Shown here: one piece after another, positions 1-8,772 of the stretch
Layout of the letters: every line of letters starts with the position of its first letter
Numbering within the stretch: the stretch's first letter is position 1
Origin: a virus
Lineage: Duplodnaviria > Caudoviricetes
Virus record (IMG/VR): IMGVR_UViG_3300049828_000264
Location: 1 to 49,943 of that record
Direction: 5' to 3' (one strand)
DNA: 49,943 nt
Program-made: the position numbers and the translations under genes
The notes under the pieces: model-generated
What the model was told of the DNA's origin: nothing
Databases searched by the model: none
Seen by the model: only the letters and a program-made list of their open reading frames with translations

Positions 1-150
1 CTGTCTGACCCGCGTTGGACCGTCGCTGGCGCGGGTCTCGCGCTTGATGGCGGCGAGCCACGCTGGACAGTCACCGCGGACGGCATGGACCACGTGCGCG
101 ACTATCTGCGCGGCGTCGCTGATGCCCTAACCCCTAATCACGGAGCGTAA
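1..150 (+). CDS. 3' part of early hypothetical protein (5'-truncated by window edge)
   Basis: Frame 1 open from base 1 to TAA 148-150 (LSDPRWTVAG...YLRGVADALTPNHGA); stop lies next to RBS of the following gene. Confidence 0.5.
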   Translation: MSDPRWTVAGAGLALDGGEPRWTVTADGMDHVRDYLRGVADALTPNHGA

Positions 151-154
151 CGCC

Positions 155-475
155 ATGGGCAAACCCGCACCGATTCTTTTTCTATCCGATGCGCGCGGCG
201 TCTATATCCCGCGCGACTTCATCAATGAGATCCGCCCGGAATGTCTTACCGGCATTGCCGACGATGTAGCCGACGCGCTGCGCGCTGGACCAGACCACGG
301 ATGGTACTGGGAGGCTTGGACGCAAGTCGAATCCTCCGCCGTGGTCACGGACCCCAGCACGGGCACGCGCTATAGCGTCTATCAGAATGGCGATTGCTGG
401 CTTATCCCGCACGGCATGGAATGGGACGATGCCGCGGAGTTTTACGCGTGGCCGTCCGATGAGGTGCAGTCATGA
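155..475 (+). CDS. Early hypothetical phage protein (106 aa)
   Basis: GGAG RBS upstream; ATGA overlap with next gene. Confidence 0.8.
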   Translation: MGKPAPILFLSDARGVYIPRDFINEIRPECLTGIADDVADALRAGPDHGWYWEAWTQVESSAVVTDPSTGTRYSVYQNGDCWLIPHGMEWDDAAEFYAWPSDEVQS

Positions 476-480
476 GCGAC
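461..480 (+). repeat. Gene-junction repeat GAGGTGCAGTCATGAGCGAC, copy 1
   Basis: 20/20 identical to 769-788; contains GAGGTG RBS plus ATGA stop/start. Confidence 0.9.
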
Positions 481-783
481 GTGCGGCCAGTGTTACGCGC
501 GGGAGCGCTTGCGGTGGCGGACCGCTACACCCACGTCATACCGTGCAAGGTACTGGAAATTATGCCGGCCGCGGCATGGTACGCCATAGACAAGGAATGG
601 ACCAACGCACCAGGAAGCCAGGAAGTCCGCGTGCGACTGACTGCCACGCGCGGCCCCTACAAGCGCGGCGAGGTGTTAACGCTATGCGCGCGCGAATGTT
701 ACCCGCGCGAGGCTTTCCGCCAGCGTAAGTATGGCGCGCGCGTTTCTTACTACACTGTCGAACGGAGCGAGGTGCAGTCATGA
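472..783 (+). CDS. Early hypothetical protein (103 aa)
   Basis: GAGGTG RBS; ATGA overlaps at both ends. Confidence 0.8.
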   Translation: MSDVRPVLRAGALAVADRYTHVIPCKVLEIMPAAAWYAIDKEWTNAPGSQEVRVRLTATRGPYKRGEVLTLCARECYPREAFRQRKYGARVSYYTVERSEVQS

Positions 784-788
784 GCGAC
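769..788 (+). repeat. Gene-junction repeat, copy 2
   Basis: Identical to 461-480. Confidence 0.9.
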
Positions 789-866
789 ACAAGGAAACCC
801 GACACGCGCCGCGCGTACAGCGCTGCGCGCAAACTCAAGCGCGCAATGCGGAGGGCGCCGCGATGA
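780..866 (+). CDS. Small basic peptide (28 aa, MSDTRKPDTRRAYSAARKLKRAMRRAPR)
   Basis: Not in ORF track; GAGGTG RBS and ATGA overlaps on both sides fill the gap exactly. Confidence 0.65.
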   Translation: MSDTRKPDTRRAYSAARKLKRAMRRAPR

Positions 867-1069
867 GTAGCGTCCTGCTAATCGAAATTCGCGTGCCGAA
901 CTATCACGGCGATGCCGACACACTCATCACGGCCGAATGGCAAAAGATGCGCGGCAACGTAGTCCGCGTGACCGGACGGCCGGACCTAGTGTATAGCGAC
1001 GCGGAAAACGCCATTGGCTCAGCGCTGCGCGCTGCACGCCGCGCGGCCATGGGAGCGCTGCAGCCATGA
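863..1069 (+). CDS. Early hypothetical protein (68 aa, MSSVLLIEIR...)
   Basis: GGAGG RBS at 850-854; ATGA overlaps. Confidence 0.7.
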   Translation: MSSVLLIEIRVPNYHGDADTLITAEWQKMRGNVVRVTGRPDLVYSDAENAIGSALRAARRAAMGALQP

Positions 1070-1359
1070 TTGGACGCGCTGACAAACTCGAACGCCTGGC
1101 CAGGCTCGAACTGCTGGCCGCCGAATTACGCGCCGATCGTGGCGCCACTATCAAAGCAAGGAATGATGCCATGCAAAACTTACTCATCCTGCTGGCCATG
1201 CTGGGAACGACGGCCGGCGCCGTGTACGCGGGTCACGCTGCGGAGCTACGCCAGCGCGAAGCGCTTGCGCTGCAGTGTGCGCGCAACAGCGACGGAACCG
1301 ACATGGCCATCGCTCAGTGCTATATCGACCGCGATTTAGACTTGCCTGAGGGTATCTGA
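1066..1359 (+). CDS. Early hypothetical protein with a hydrophobic segment (alternative start 1171)
   Basis: ATGA overlap; LLILLAMLGTTAGAVYAG segment; AAGGA before in-frame ATG 1171. Confidence 0.65.
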   Translation: MIGRADKLERLARLELLAAELRADRGATIKARNDAMQNLLILLAMLGTTAGAVYAGHAAELRQREALALQCARNSDGTDMAIAQCYIDRDLDLPEGI

Positions 1360-1360
1360 C

Positions 1361-1960
1361 ATGGCACGCAAGCAACAGAAATTCATAGCCTACAATCGCG
1401 CGGCCGATGATGGCACGCGCTGGATTGAAAACGCGAGCGACGGACTGCGCATCGTGGGCACGTGCCACGATATAGCGCGCAGCGAAGGGTGGCGCATGGA
1501 TCACGACGGATGGCACCTTGACCCGTGGGGCGATGGCGAGACCGTATGCGGTGCGGTGCTGCAGCTGCCGGCACGCGATGGCGTCGCACAGTATGTCCCA
1601 GCGATGCGGGACCCGTGGAATACGGATTGCTACCATGCGGATTTTTCCAGCGTCACGGATAGCAAGCGCGACGCGCTGCACTGGTCGGATGCGATGGCGG
1701 AGCGCTACGCGGAGCGCGAGCGCGACTATCAGACTGAGGAAGCCGCGCGCATGAGGTGCGAGGAGGCGCGCGAGGAAATATGCGAAGCGCGCGCCACTGT
1801 GACCCGCCTGGCCAGGGACTTGCGCACCGCGGGGCACGCGCTGCCCCCCAGCACGCGCGAGACTGTGCGGCTACGCATACGGGCATTGCGCGATGCGGTG
1901 CGCGAGGCGCGCGAGACAATCGAACGGCTCACGGATAGTCCGTGGCTGGTGCTGGAATAA
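1361..1960 (+). CDS. Early hypothetical protein with C-terminal coiled coil (199 aa)
   Basis: GAGG RBS, abuts previous gene; E/R/A-rich helical C-terminus. Confidence 0.8.
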   Translation: MARKQQKFIAYNRAADDGTRWIENASDGLRIVGTCHDIARSEGWRMDHDGWHLDPWGDGETVCGAVLQLPARDGVAQYVPAMRDPWNTDCYHADFSSVTDSKRDALHWSDAMAERYAERERDYQTEEAARMRCEEAREEICEARATVTRLARDLRTAGHALPPSTRETVRLRIRALRDAVREARETIERLTDSPWLVLE

Positions 1961-1976
1961 CTGGAGGGTTAACGCC

Positions 1977-2876
1977 ATGAAAACACGCTTTGACAATCGC
2001 CAGCTTGCCCATGTATGGGCACAGCAGAATCAGCCGCATGGCAGCGGTTCCAATTTCTTTTTCGACGGTCCGAGTATTTACAGCTACGGCCGCCATTTCG
2101 AGATTGCGCGATTCGTTACGCGCAAGGGCCAGCGCTGCGTGCTGTTCACCACGCGGAGCTATAGCAACAGCACATCCAAACACCTGGCATTCGCGCGCTA
2201 CGCGCTGCACGGGAACGAATTGGTTTTCCACGTGGCCGACATTGGCAGCGCTGCGGCCGGCAATGCGCGCATGGATTATGAGCACCGCATTGCCGCAGCG
2301 CTTACCAGTGCAGGCAACAGGCGGAGCGCGTCGCTTGCCATATCCGACACGGACCGCGCGCAAGCGCTCACGGATGAGGCAAACGGCTACGCGGCGTTTT
2401 TCGGCAAGCGCTGGCGGATCGCTCCGCCAGTTGTAAACCTTGAAGCGCTGCGCGAGCGCGCTGCCGCTGAGCGTGCGCGCGAGGCCGCAGCGACTCGCAA
2501 GGCGGACGCTAAGCGCGATGCGGAATACCAGAAAGCGCTGGGCGAGTGGCGACGGCATGAGCGCGACCACGTGCCATACATGCTTGACAAGCCTACAGCG
2601 CTACGCGTCGCGCAGTCTGCGAACGGTCCCGCGTACATTGAGACAAGCCGCGGCGCCAGTGTCCCGGCAACGTGCGCGCGCATGGTATGGGACGCGGTGC
2701 AGGAAGCGCGCGCCATCAATGGCGTACAGTTCGCAGCCAATGCACGGCCGCGCCTCGGATCATTCACGCTGGACGCCATCGACGCGGCGGGGAATGTAAC
2801 GGCAGGCTGCCACGTGCTGCCCTATGCGGAGCTGCACGCGCTGGCCGTGCGGTTCGGTTTTGAGGTGCAGTCATGA
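1977..2876 (+). CDS. Early hypothetical protein (299 aa, MKTRFDNRQLAHVWAQ...)
   Basis: GGAGG RBS before ATG 1977; long ORF ending in the junction repeat. Confidence 0.85.
   Translation: MKTRFDNRQLAHVWAQQNQPHGSGSNFFFDGPSIYSYGRHFEIARFVTRKGQRCVLFTTRSYSNSTSKHLAFARYALHGNELVFHVADIGSAAAGNARMDYEHRIAAALTSAGNRRSASLAISDTDRAQALTDEANGYAAFFGKRWRIAPPVVNLEALRERAAAERAREAAATRKADAKRDAEYQKALGEWRRHERDHVPYMLDKPTALRVAQSANGPAYIETSRGASVPATCARMVWDAVQEARAINGVQFAANARPRLGSFTLDAIDAAGNVTAGCHVLPYAELHALAVRFGFEVQS
2862..2876 (+). repeat. Gene-junction repeat, copy 3 (GAGGTGCAGTCATGA)
   Basis: 15/15 identical to 461-475 and 769-783. Confidence 0.85.
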
Positions 2877-3172
2877 CTCCGGGACCGTGGCGGATGGATC
2901 AGGACAACGCGCGCGGGGATTCCATTCCGGTGTATTCGATACACTCGCCGCGCGCCTTGTGCCACGTGCACATCGCGCCAATAGTCGGCGCTGGGGCAGA
3001 TTATGACGCCACCGCGCGCGCAGCCTGGGATTGCGCGCTGCGCAATGCCCGGCTAATCGCCGCCGCGCCGATGATGGCCGGCGCACTGGCGCAGATACTG
3101 GACATGGAGGACCCGCAGTATATGCGCGAGACCGCGCGCGCAGCGCTGGGCGCTGCGAGGGGGCAGCCATGA
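2873..3172 (+). CDS. Phage hypothetical protein, TPGPW...NARLIAAAP type
   Basis: Common phage signature TPGPW at N-terminus and NARLIAAAP; ATGA overlaps. Confidence 0.85.
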   Translation: MTPGPWRMDQDNARGDSIPVYSIHSPRALCHVHIAPIVGAGADYDATARAAWDCALRNARLIAAAPMMAGALAQILDMEDPQYMRETARAALGAARGQP

Positions 3173-3372
3173 GTTACCAGGTATTCACACGCTACAGCGG
3201 GAGCGGGACCAATCGCGCAAGCAAGCCGCGCCGGTTGCTCAAGGTCGAGACCCCGCGCGAGGCCATCGACTATTGCACGGCCGCCAATGAGGCACGCTCG
3301 CGCGATGCTGTGCGCAAGGGTTTCTTTTACGAATGGACGAGCGAACAGTATTACAGGGAGGCATGGGGATAA
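3169..3372 (+). CDS. Early hypothetical protein (67 aa, MSYQVFTR...)
   Basis: GAGG RBS; ATGA and TAATG overlaps. Confidence 0.75.
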   Translation: MSYQVFTRYSGSGTNRASKPRRLLKVETPREAIDYCTAANEARSRDAVRKGFFYEWTSEQYYREAWG

Positions 3373-3569
3373 TGAGCCGCTACATTCGCAAAACGCGCGA
3401 CGTGTGGGAGGTGCGCGGCAACTACGGCCACGGCTGGGAAATGGTCACGGCTGAGCTGAGCCGCGAGGCCGCGCGCGAGCGCCGCAACGAGTACCGCGCC
3501 AACGAGCCCGGAGTGTCTTTTATCATCGTCAAAACGCGCGAGCCTATCCGCGCAATACTGGAGGTTTAA
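3372..3569 (+). CDS. Early hypothetical protein (65 aa, MSRYIRKTRDVWEVRGNYGHGWE...)
   Basis: GGAGG upstream; TAATG overlap. Confidence 0.8.
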   Translation: MSRYIRKTRDVWEVRGNYGHGWEMVTAELSREAARERRNEYRANEPGVSFIIVKTREPIRAILEV

Positions 3570-3572
3570 ACC

Positions 3573-3968
3573 ATGAAAATCGAAAAGATCGACCGCGAAG
3601 CACTGCGCATGATAAACGCGGTCGCGCTGCCGCTGCTGGAGAACGCGCTGCGCCCGTTCGGCGTCACCATCGAACAGGGGCGCTGCGTCTACTCGAACGG
3701 CAGCACGGGCGAGTTGCGCATCAAGCTGATCGCGGCCGGCGCTGATCCCGCGCGCGAGAATTTCGAGCTGTGCGCGGGACTGTTCAAGCTGTTGCCTTCG
3801 GACTATGGGCGGCTGTTCACCGTCGACGGCAAGCGCTACTCACTGGTCGGCATCGAGCCCGGCCGCCCGAAGTTTCCCTTTATCGGGCGCGCGTGCGCGG
3901 ACGGCAAGCGCTTCAAGTTCACCGAGGCCGCAGTGATGCGCGCGCTGGAGCGGGAGCCGCGCGCGTGA
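3573..3968 (+). CDS. Early hypothetical protein (131 aa)
   Basis: GGAGG RBS; G/C-ending codon bias. Confidence 0.8.
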   Translation: MKIEKIDREALRMINAVALPLLENALRPFGVTIEQGRCVYSNGSTGELRIKLIAAGADPARENFELCAGLFKLLPSDYGRLFTVDGKRYSLVGIEPGRPKFPFIGRACADGKRFKFTEAAVMRALEREPRA

Positions 3969-4138
3969 AGCGCTCCGCTTACTGGTCGCGCCTATCTCCG
4001 GCCGCACGGGCGCGCCGGAGGGCGCGCCAACGCGCGCTCAAGTGTACGTGCGACGGCTGGCCATTCCCGCATCGCGTGGGCTCGCAATCGCTCAACCCTG
4101 CCTGGCCAGGCTGTACGCGGACGGTCGCGCGATGGTGA
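3965..4138 (+). CDS. Small basic protein with CxC...H...C motif (57 aa)
   Basis: GTGA overlap, GGGAG RBS; CTCDGWPFPHRVGS...C. Confidence 0.65.
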   Translation: MKRSAYWSRLSPAARARRRARQRALKCTCDGWPFPHRVGSQSLNPAWPGCTRTVARW

Positions 4139-4359
4139 CGCCATTGCTTCCGCCGTACTGGCACGCGCAACAGGCTGCACGCTGGCGTGCCATATCGCGC
4201 GGCCATCAGTTGACGCACTACGCGCACACCGACGCGGAGCACGCGAGCGCGGAGTGCGTGCGGCCCGGTTGCGGCATGGGCTATTCTATCGAGCCCGGCC
4301 GCGCGCACGGCTCCGCCTTATCTTTTGACTGTCCAGCAGGAGTTAACAATGCTGCATAG
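4132..4359 (+). CDS. Small His/Cys-containing hypothetical protein
   Basis: Overlaps previous stop; GH...CVRPGCG...C. Confidence 0.6.
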   Translation: MVTPLLPPYWHAQQAARWRAISRGHQLTHYAHTDAEHASAECVRPGCGMGYSIEPGRAHGSALSFDCPAGVNNAA

Positions 4360-4435
4360 AGTCATGACCCCACAATTCGCTGCTTTCCTGGTCGCGCTCG
4401 CGCTGTTCGCGTTCGTGCTGGCGGTGCTTGCATGA
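4349..4435 (+). CDS. Tiny single-TM peptide (MLHRVMTPQFAAFLVALALFAFVLAVLA)
   Basis: AGGAG RBS; ATGA overlap with next gene; not in ORF track. Confidence 0.6.
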   Translation: MLHRVMTPQFAAFLVALALFAFVLAVLA

Positions 4436-4614
4436 CGCGCGTCCTGCAGTTGCCGACGCGCCTAGTGGTCAACCCCGACGCGCGACCGCCGGCGCCCCCC
4501 GCCTACCGCCCCCGCTCCGGCTTCCTGCTGGACGCGCCCGTGGAGCGCTTGCCGGACCGCCCCCGGAAGGGTTACGCTCACTCTCCCCGCATGGCACCGC
4601 GCGAACAAAAATGA
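4432..4614 (+). CDS. Small Pro/Arg-rich hypothetical protein (60 aa)
   Basis: ATGA overlaps at both ends. Confidence 0.55.
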   Translation: MTRVLQLPTRLVVNPDARPPAPPAYRPRSGFLLDAPVERLPDRPRKGYAHSPRMAPREQK

Positions 4615-6746
4615 TGGAAGGTAGGAGGATACTCGCGGACTACTGCCGCGCGGGATGGTTCCTTGTGCCCATTCCGGCCGGCAAGAAAGGCCCGGTGACG
4701 GCGCAATGGAATACGCGCGCGCTGTGCGTGAATGACCCCGAGGTGGCACCGTGGCTGGACGGCAACGTCGGGCTGGCGCACGCATACAGTGGCACGTGTG
4801 CAATCGACATTGACGACCTCACGCGCTGCACGGCATGGCTGGCGGAGCGCGGGATCGACCTCGCGGAGTTGCTCAACGCGCCCGACGCGGTGCGGATCGA
4901 GTCCAGACCCGGGCGCGCGAAGCTGATCTATTCGCTGCCGACCCCGATGCCCTCATTCAAGCTGCCCCCGGGGCTGGAGCTGCGCTGCGCGGCCACCAGT
5001 GGGCTCACCGTGCAGGACGTGCTGCCGCCGTCGATCCATCCCGATACCGGCAAGCCGTACACCTGGAATTACGGGTCCCCGGCCGGCGACTGGTCGGTGC
5101 TGTCCCCGCTCCCCGGGCAGCTCATGGCGCTGTGGCAAAGCCTCATCAGCGTCAAGGCGCCCAAGCCGCCCCCCGCGCGTGCGGCTGCCCCCGAAGCCCC
5201 CCGGCTGCGCGCGCTACTGGCCGACCACGACCCCGATGCCGATTATGACAACTGGATCATGATAGGCATGGCGCTGCACTACGAAACGCAGGGCAGCCAA
5301 ACGGGGCTCATGCTGTGGAACGAGTGGAGCGCGGCCGGGCGCAAGTACGCGGGGCTGGGGGACCTGGAAAGCCACTGGCGCAGCTTCCGGGCCGACCACG
5401 ACAACCCTCGCACGCTGGCTTCCCTGCGCAAGCCTAGCGTCGCCAGCGCGGAGGAGTTCGAGACCCTACCGCCAAGTGAGGGGGACGCCAGCGCCCCGCC
5501 AGCAGGCTCTCCGGCGCTCCCGGGGCAGGCCCCGCCCGTCCCGCTCAAGGGCGACGCGCGGGAGCGCGCCATCGCTACCCTGCGCGGGGTCAAGCGGTCC
5601 AAGCTGGGGACGATCGAGGCGCGCATATCCAACGTGACGGCGGTCCTAGGAGTGCCCGAGGTGAGCGGTCACACGCTCGCGCTGGACGAATTCCAGGATG
5701 TCGTCATGACGGCTGAGCGCAAGGGCCAGTGGCGCGCGTTCACCGACTCGGACTACACGCAGATACGCGTAGGGCTGGAGACCATCGGCAACTGCGACCC
5801 GATCAGCCACGAAATGATCCGCCACGCGGTACAGCTGGTGGCGGAGAGGAACAAGATGGACACCGCGCAAGAATGGCTGACGGCGCTGACGTGGGACGGC
5901 ACGCCGCGGCTTGAGACGTTCTGCCCCCGCTATTTCGGCACCGATGACACCGCCTACGAGCGCGCTGTCGGTTTGTACTTATGGACCGCCCTCGCCGGGC
6001 GCGTCATGTCCCCGGGCTGTCAGGCGGACATGGTGCCGGTGCTCATCGGCCGGCAAGGCGTCGGCAAGTCGCGTGGCGTGCAGGCGATGGTCCCGAGCCC
6101 CGAGCACTACGTCGAAGTGCGGCTCGATGAGCCCGACGATGCCATCGCGCGCAAGATGCGCGGGGTGCTCATTGGCGAAATGGCCGAAATGCGCGGGCTG
6201 CGCGCGGCCGACGTGGAGCGCGTCAAGGCGTTCATCACGCGCACGCATGAGAAGTGGGTGCCGAAGTACAAGGAATTCGCCACCAACTATCCGCGCCGGT
6301 TCATCATCGTCGGCACAACCAACGATGAGGAATTTCTGCCGGCCGACACCGAGCATCGCCGCTGGCTCCCATTGCACACCTCGCGCGTCAACGTGCAGGA
6401 CATTGCAGACAACCGCGAACAGCTTTGGGCGGAAGCGCTCGCGTGCTGGCAACTGCACGGCGTCTACTGGCGCGGCCTCGACGCGCTGGCCAAGCCGGCG
6501 CGCCAACTGGCCGCCACCGATGACGCCTGGCAGGAACAGATCGCCGCGTGGATCGACGCGAACCCCGCGGTCAACTACCGGATGCACGACATTCTCTCGA
6601 ACGCGGTCGGCATCGACTCACGCACCTCGACGCGCGTGCATGAGCTGCGCGTCTCGCGCGTGCTGCACTCGCTCGGTTACGCGCGCAAGACCGTGCGCGA
6701 AGGCGGTCGCGTGATAAAGGCATGGACCTTCGATCCGACCTCTTGA
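4611..6746 (+). CDS. Primase-helicase: Prim-Pol domain + PriCT-2-like domain + VapE/VirE-family P-loop ATPase
   Basis: GW.LVPI...KGP, NVGL, AIDID, VLPPS.HP (Prim-Pol); YDNWIMIGMAL...W.EWS (PriCT-2); GRQGVGKS Walker A, GTTN, RRW. Confidence 0.9.
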   Translation: MMEGRRILADYCRAGWFLVPIPAGKKGPVTAQWNTRALCVNDPEVAPWLDGNVGLAHAYSGTCAIDIDDLTRCTAWLAERGIDLAELLNAPDAVRIESRPGRAKLIYSLPTPMPSFKLPPGLELRCAATSGLTVQDVLPPSIHPDTGKPYTWNYGSPAGDWSVLSPLPGQLMALWQSLISVKAPKPPPARAAAPEAPRLRALLADHDPDADYDNWIMIGMALHYETQGSQTGLMLWNEWSAAGRKYAGLGDLESHWRSFRADHDNPRTLASLRKPSVASAEEFETLPPSEGDASAPPAGSPALPGQAPPVPLKGDARERAIATLRGVKRSKLGTIEARISNVTAVLGVPEVSGHTLALDEFQDVVMTAERKGQWRAFTDSDYTQIRVGLETIGNCDPISHEMIRHAVQLVAERNKMDTAQEWLTALTWDGTPRLETFCPRYFGTDDTAYERAVGLYLWTALAGRVMSPGCQADMVPVLIGRQGVGKSRGVQAMVPSPEHYVEVRLDEPDDAIARKMRGVLIGEMAEMRGLRAADVERVKAFITRTHEKWVPKYKEFATNYPRRFIIVGTTNDEEFLPADTEHRRWLPLHTSRVNVQDIADNREQLWAEALACWQLHGVYWRGLDALAKPARQLAATDDAWQEQIAAWIDANPAVNYRMHDILSNAVGIDSRTSTRVHELRVSRVLHSLGYARKTVREGGRVIKAWTFDPTS

Positions 6747-6811
6747 TTCAACCCCCCGTGGCGTGGTACATATCGCGCCACATTTTACGAAGCCCACAGG
6801 AGGGCCAATAA

Positions 6812-7258
6812 ATGTCACTCGAACAGTCAATCCAGAATCTCGCTGATGCGATCAACACGTTAGCGGCCGGCGCATACCGGACCGCTATCGCGGCGGAGGC
6901 CACCAGTGACGACAAGCCAAAGCGCGGACGCCCGGCCAAGGTCACGGAGCCCGAAGCGCCGGCCCCGGACGCAGCCGCCAAGGTCGCCGCGCGCATCGCT
7001 GCGGTGAGCGCCGAAGCACCGACGCCAGCCACGCCCTCGAAGCAAGCCGAAGCCGCTGCCGATGCCAAGCCGCTGAGCAAGGCTGACGTGCAGCCGGTGC
7101 TCATCGAAGTCGTTAAGAAGTTCGGCAAGGAAGCGTGCGGCGCCATCTGTCAGGCGCACGGCGGCCCGAACCTCTCCGCGCTCGACCCGTCGACCTACGC
7201 GTCGGTGCTGGCCGCTGCGCGCAAGCAGCTCGAACAGCCGGCCGACCCGACCGAATGA
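6812..7258 (+). CDS. Ala/Pro/Lys-rich hypothetical protein of the replication module
   Basis: AGGAGG RBS; usual position before DUF2800; MSLEQSIQNLADAI N-terminus. Confidence 0.85.
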   Translation: MSLEQSIQNLADAINTLAAGAYRTAIAAEATSDDKPKRGRPAKVTEPEAPAPDAAAKVAARIAAVSAEAPTPATPSKQAEAAADAKPLSKADVQPVLIEVVKKFGKEACGAICQAHGGPNLSALDPSTYASVLAAARKQLEQPADPTE

Positions 7259-8517
7259 GCGCACACGCCAGGTTTTCCCCCTCGGCGGCGCATCGCTGGA
7301 TGGTGTGCCCGGGCTCTGTTGCGCTCACGCGTGACATCCCGAACCCGTCCAGCGTCTACGCTGACGAGGGCACGGCAGCGCACACGCTGGCGTCGCGTGC
7401 GCTTGAGTACGGCAAGCCTGCGATCTTCTGGCTTGGGGAGCAGATTCAAGCCAACGATCGCGTGTTCACTGTCGACGAGGAAATGGCCGGTCACGTGCAG
7501 ACCTACGTCGACGAGGTGCTTTCGCGCGTCGGCACCGGTACGCTGATGATCGAGCAGCGCGTCGAGTTCTCCGATGCGGTCGGCGTGCCGGACCAGTTCG
7601 GCACGGCTGACGCCATCATCCTGTCGGCCGATGGCGAGCACTTTGAAATGGTCGACCTCAAGTTCGGACAGGGGCGGCAGATATTCGCCAAGGAAAACCC
7701 GCAGCTGATGAGCTACGGGCTTGGCGTGCTGGAGTCGTTCGGCGTGGTCATGGGCGACGTGAAGCGTGTAACCCTGACCATTCACCAACCCCGCATCGAC
7801 CACCTCGATTCATGGGACTGCACCGTGGAGGAGTTGCACGCGCACGGTCGGCGGATGCAGCTCGCGGCCAAGGCGGCGCTCGAAGGGTGCGACGTCATGG
7901 ACATCACCGGCTCGGTGCCGGCGGAGCTGCTGGTGCCGGACGCCAAGGCGTGCGACTTCTGCCCGGCCAAGGCGGACTGTCCGGCGCTGCGCGAGTTCGT
8001 GTCGTCGACCGTCTATAACGACTTCACTGCGCTGGACGCGCCGGAGACGCTGGCCGTGGTCGGCGCACCCCCGGTGCCGAAGGCGGAGCGCTTGGGCGCG
8101 GTGTTCGGTGTGCTGGACCTTGTGGAAGCCTGGTGCCGCTCGGTACGCGGCGAGGTCGAGCGGCTGGTCATGCAGGGCATGACCGTCGTCGGCCCGGACG
8201 GCGAGCCCATGAAAGTCGTCGAGGGCAAGAAAGGCAACCGCGCGTGGATCGACGCCGCCAAGGCGGAGGCCATGCTCGCTGGCATCCTGCCCCCGGACAA
8301 GTTTTACAAGCCGCGCGAGATCGTCACCCCGAGCGTGGCGGACAAGCTGTTGAACGGCTCGCGCAAGGTGAAGTCGCCGCAGTGGGAGCCGCTCACCGCG
8401 CTGATCGCGCAGTCACCGGGACAGCCCAAGGTGACGCTCGGCTCCGACCCGCGACCGCCCTACGATCCGGGCGCGGACGCTAGTGAGTTCTCTAACCTAG
8501 AGGACCCGGAAGCATGA
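7255..8517 (+). CDS. DUF2800-like PD-(D/E)XK (Cas4-like) exonuclease
   Basis: HARFSPSAAHRW.CPGS, EGT.AH, EQRV, FGTAD, DLKFG, QL..Y, C.FCPA...CP. Confidence 0.9.
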   Translation: MSAHARFSPSAAHRWMVCPGSVALTRDIPNPSSVYADEGTAAHTLASRALEYGKPAIFWLGEQIQANDRVFTVDEEMAGHVQTYVDEVLSRVGTGTLMIEQRVEFSDAVGVPDQFGTADAIILSADGEHFEMVDLKFGQGRQIFAKENPQLMSYGLGVLESFGVVMGDVKRVTLTIHQPRIDHLDSWDCTVEELHAHGRRMQLAAKAALEGCDVMDITGSVPAELLVPDAKACDFCPAKADCPALREFVSSTVYNDFTALDAPETLAVVGAPPVPKAERLGAVFGVLDLVEAWCRSVRGEVERLVMQGMTVVGPDGEPMKVVEGKKGNRAWIDAAKAEAMLAGILPPDKFYKPREIVTPSVADKLLNGSRKVKSPQWEPLTALIAQSPGQPKVTLGSDPRPPYDPGADASEFSNLEDPEA

Positions 8518-8711
8518 GCCTGATGGACCGCCTACCGGACGAATTCGACGAGGCCGCGGAGCAGCAATGTAGTCGCTGCGGTGAGCGCGGACTGTACCTC
8601 GAGGTGCGCGCCGGCAACCGCTACATACTGGTCGATGCGGACGGCGCCGCGCACTCGCCGTTCTGCAAGGGGCGCACGGCCGAGGCGAACGAGTTTTCTG
8701 TATTGGACTGA
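8514..8711 (+). CDS. Small putative Zn-binding protein (65 aa)
   Basis: CSRCG...H...C; ATGA overlap. Confidence 0.7.
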   Translation: MSLMDRLPDEFDEAAEQQCSRCGERGLYLEVRAGNRYILVDADGAAHSPFCKGRTAEANEFSVLD

Positions 8712-8772
8712 TCGGCAGGACAGTCCTCTTATCCGCAACTGCTAAACCCGAAAATCGAAAGGTGAAATTCTA

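Noticed and set aside
461-2876. Junction repeats as CRISPR array or integron attC sites
   Set aside because: Separated by whole genes at irregular distances, not palindromic, no integrase
4428-4610. Long N-terminal extensions in the ORF track (primase from 4428; likewise 7135, 25986, 42554, 44108, 47389)
   Set aside because: They overlap neighbouring genes; downstream starts with RBS or stop/start coupling fit better
6743-6781. Promoter or hairpin between primase and the next gene
   Set aside because: TTGATT-N18-TACATA is a weak match overlapping a modest stem-loop; cannot distinguish from chance
7255-8517. Cas4-like nuclease as sign of a CRISPR-Cas system
   Set aside because: Standard DUF2800-type gene of this replication module; no cas genes or repeat-spacer array seen
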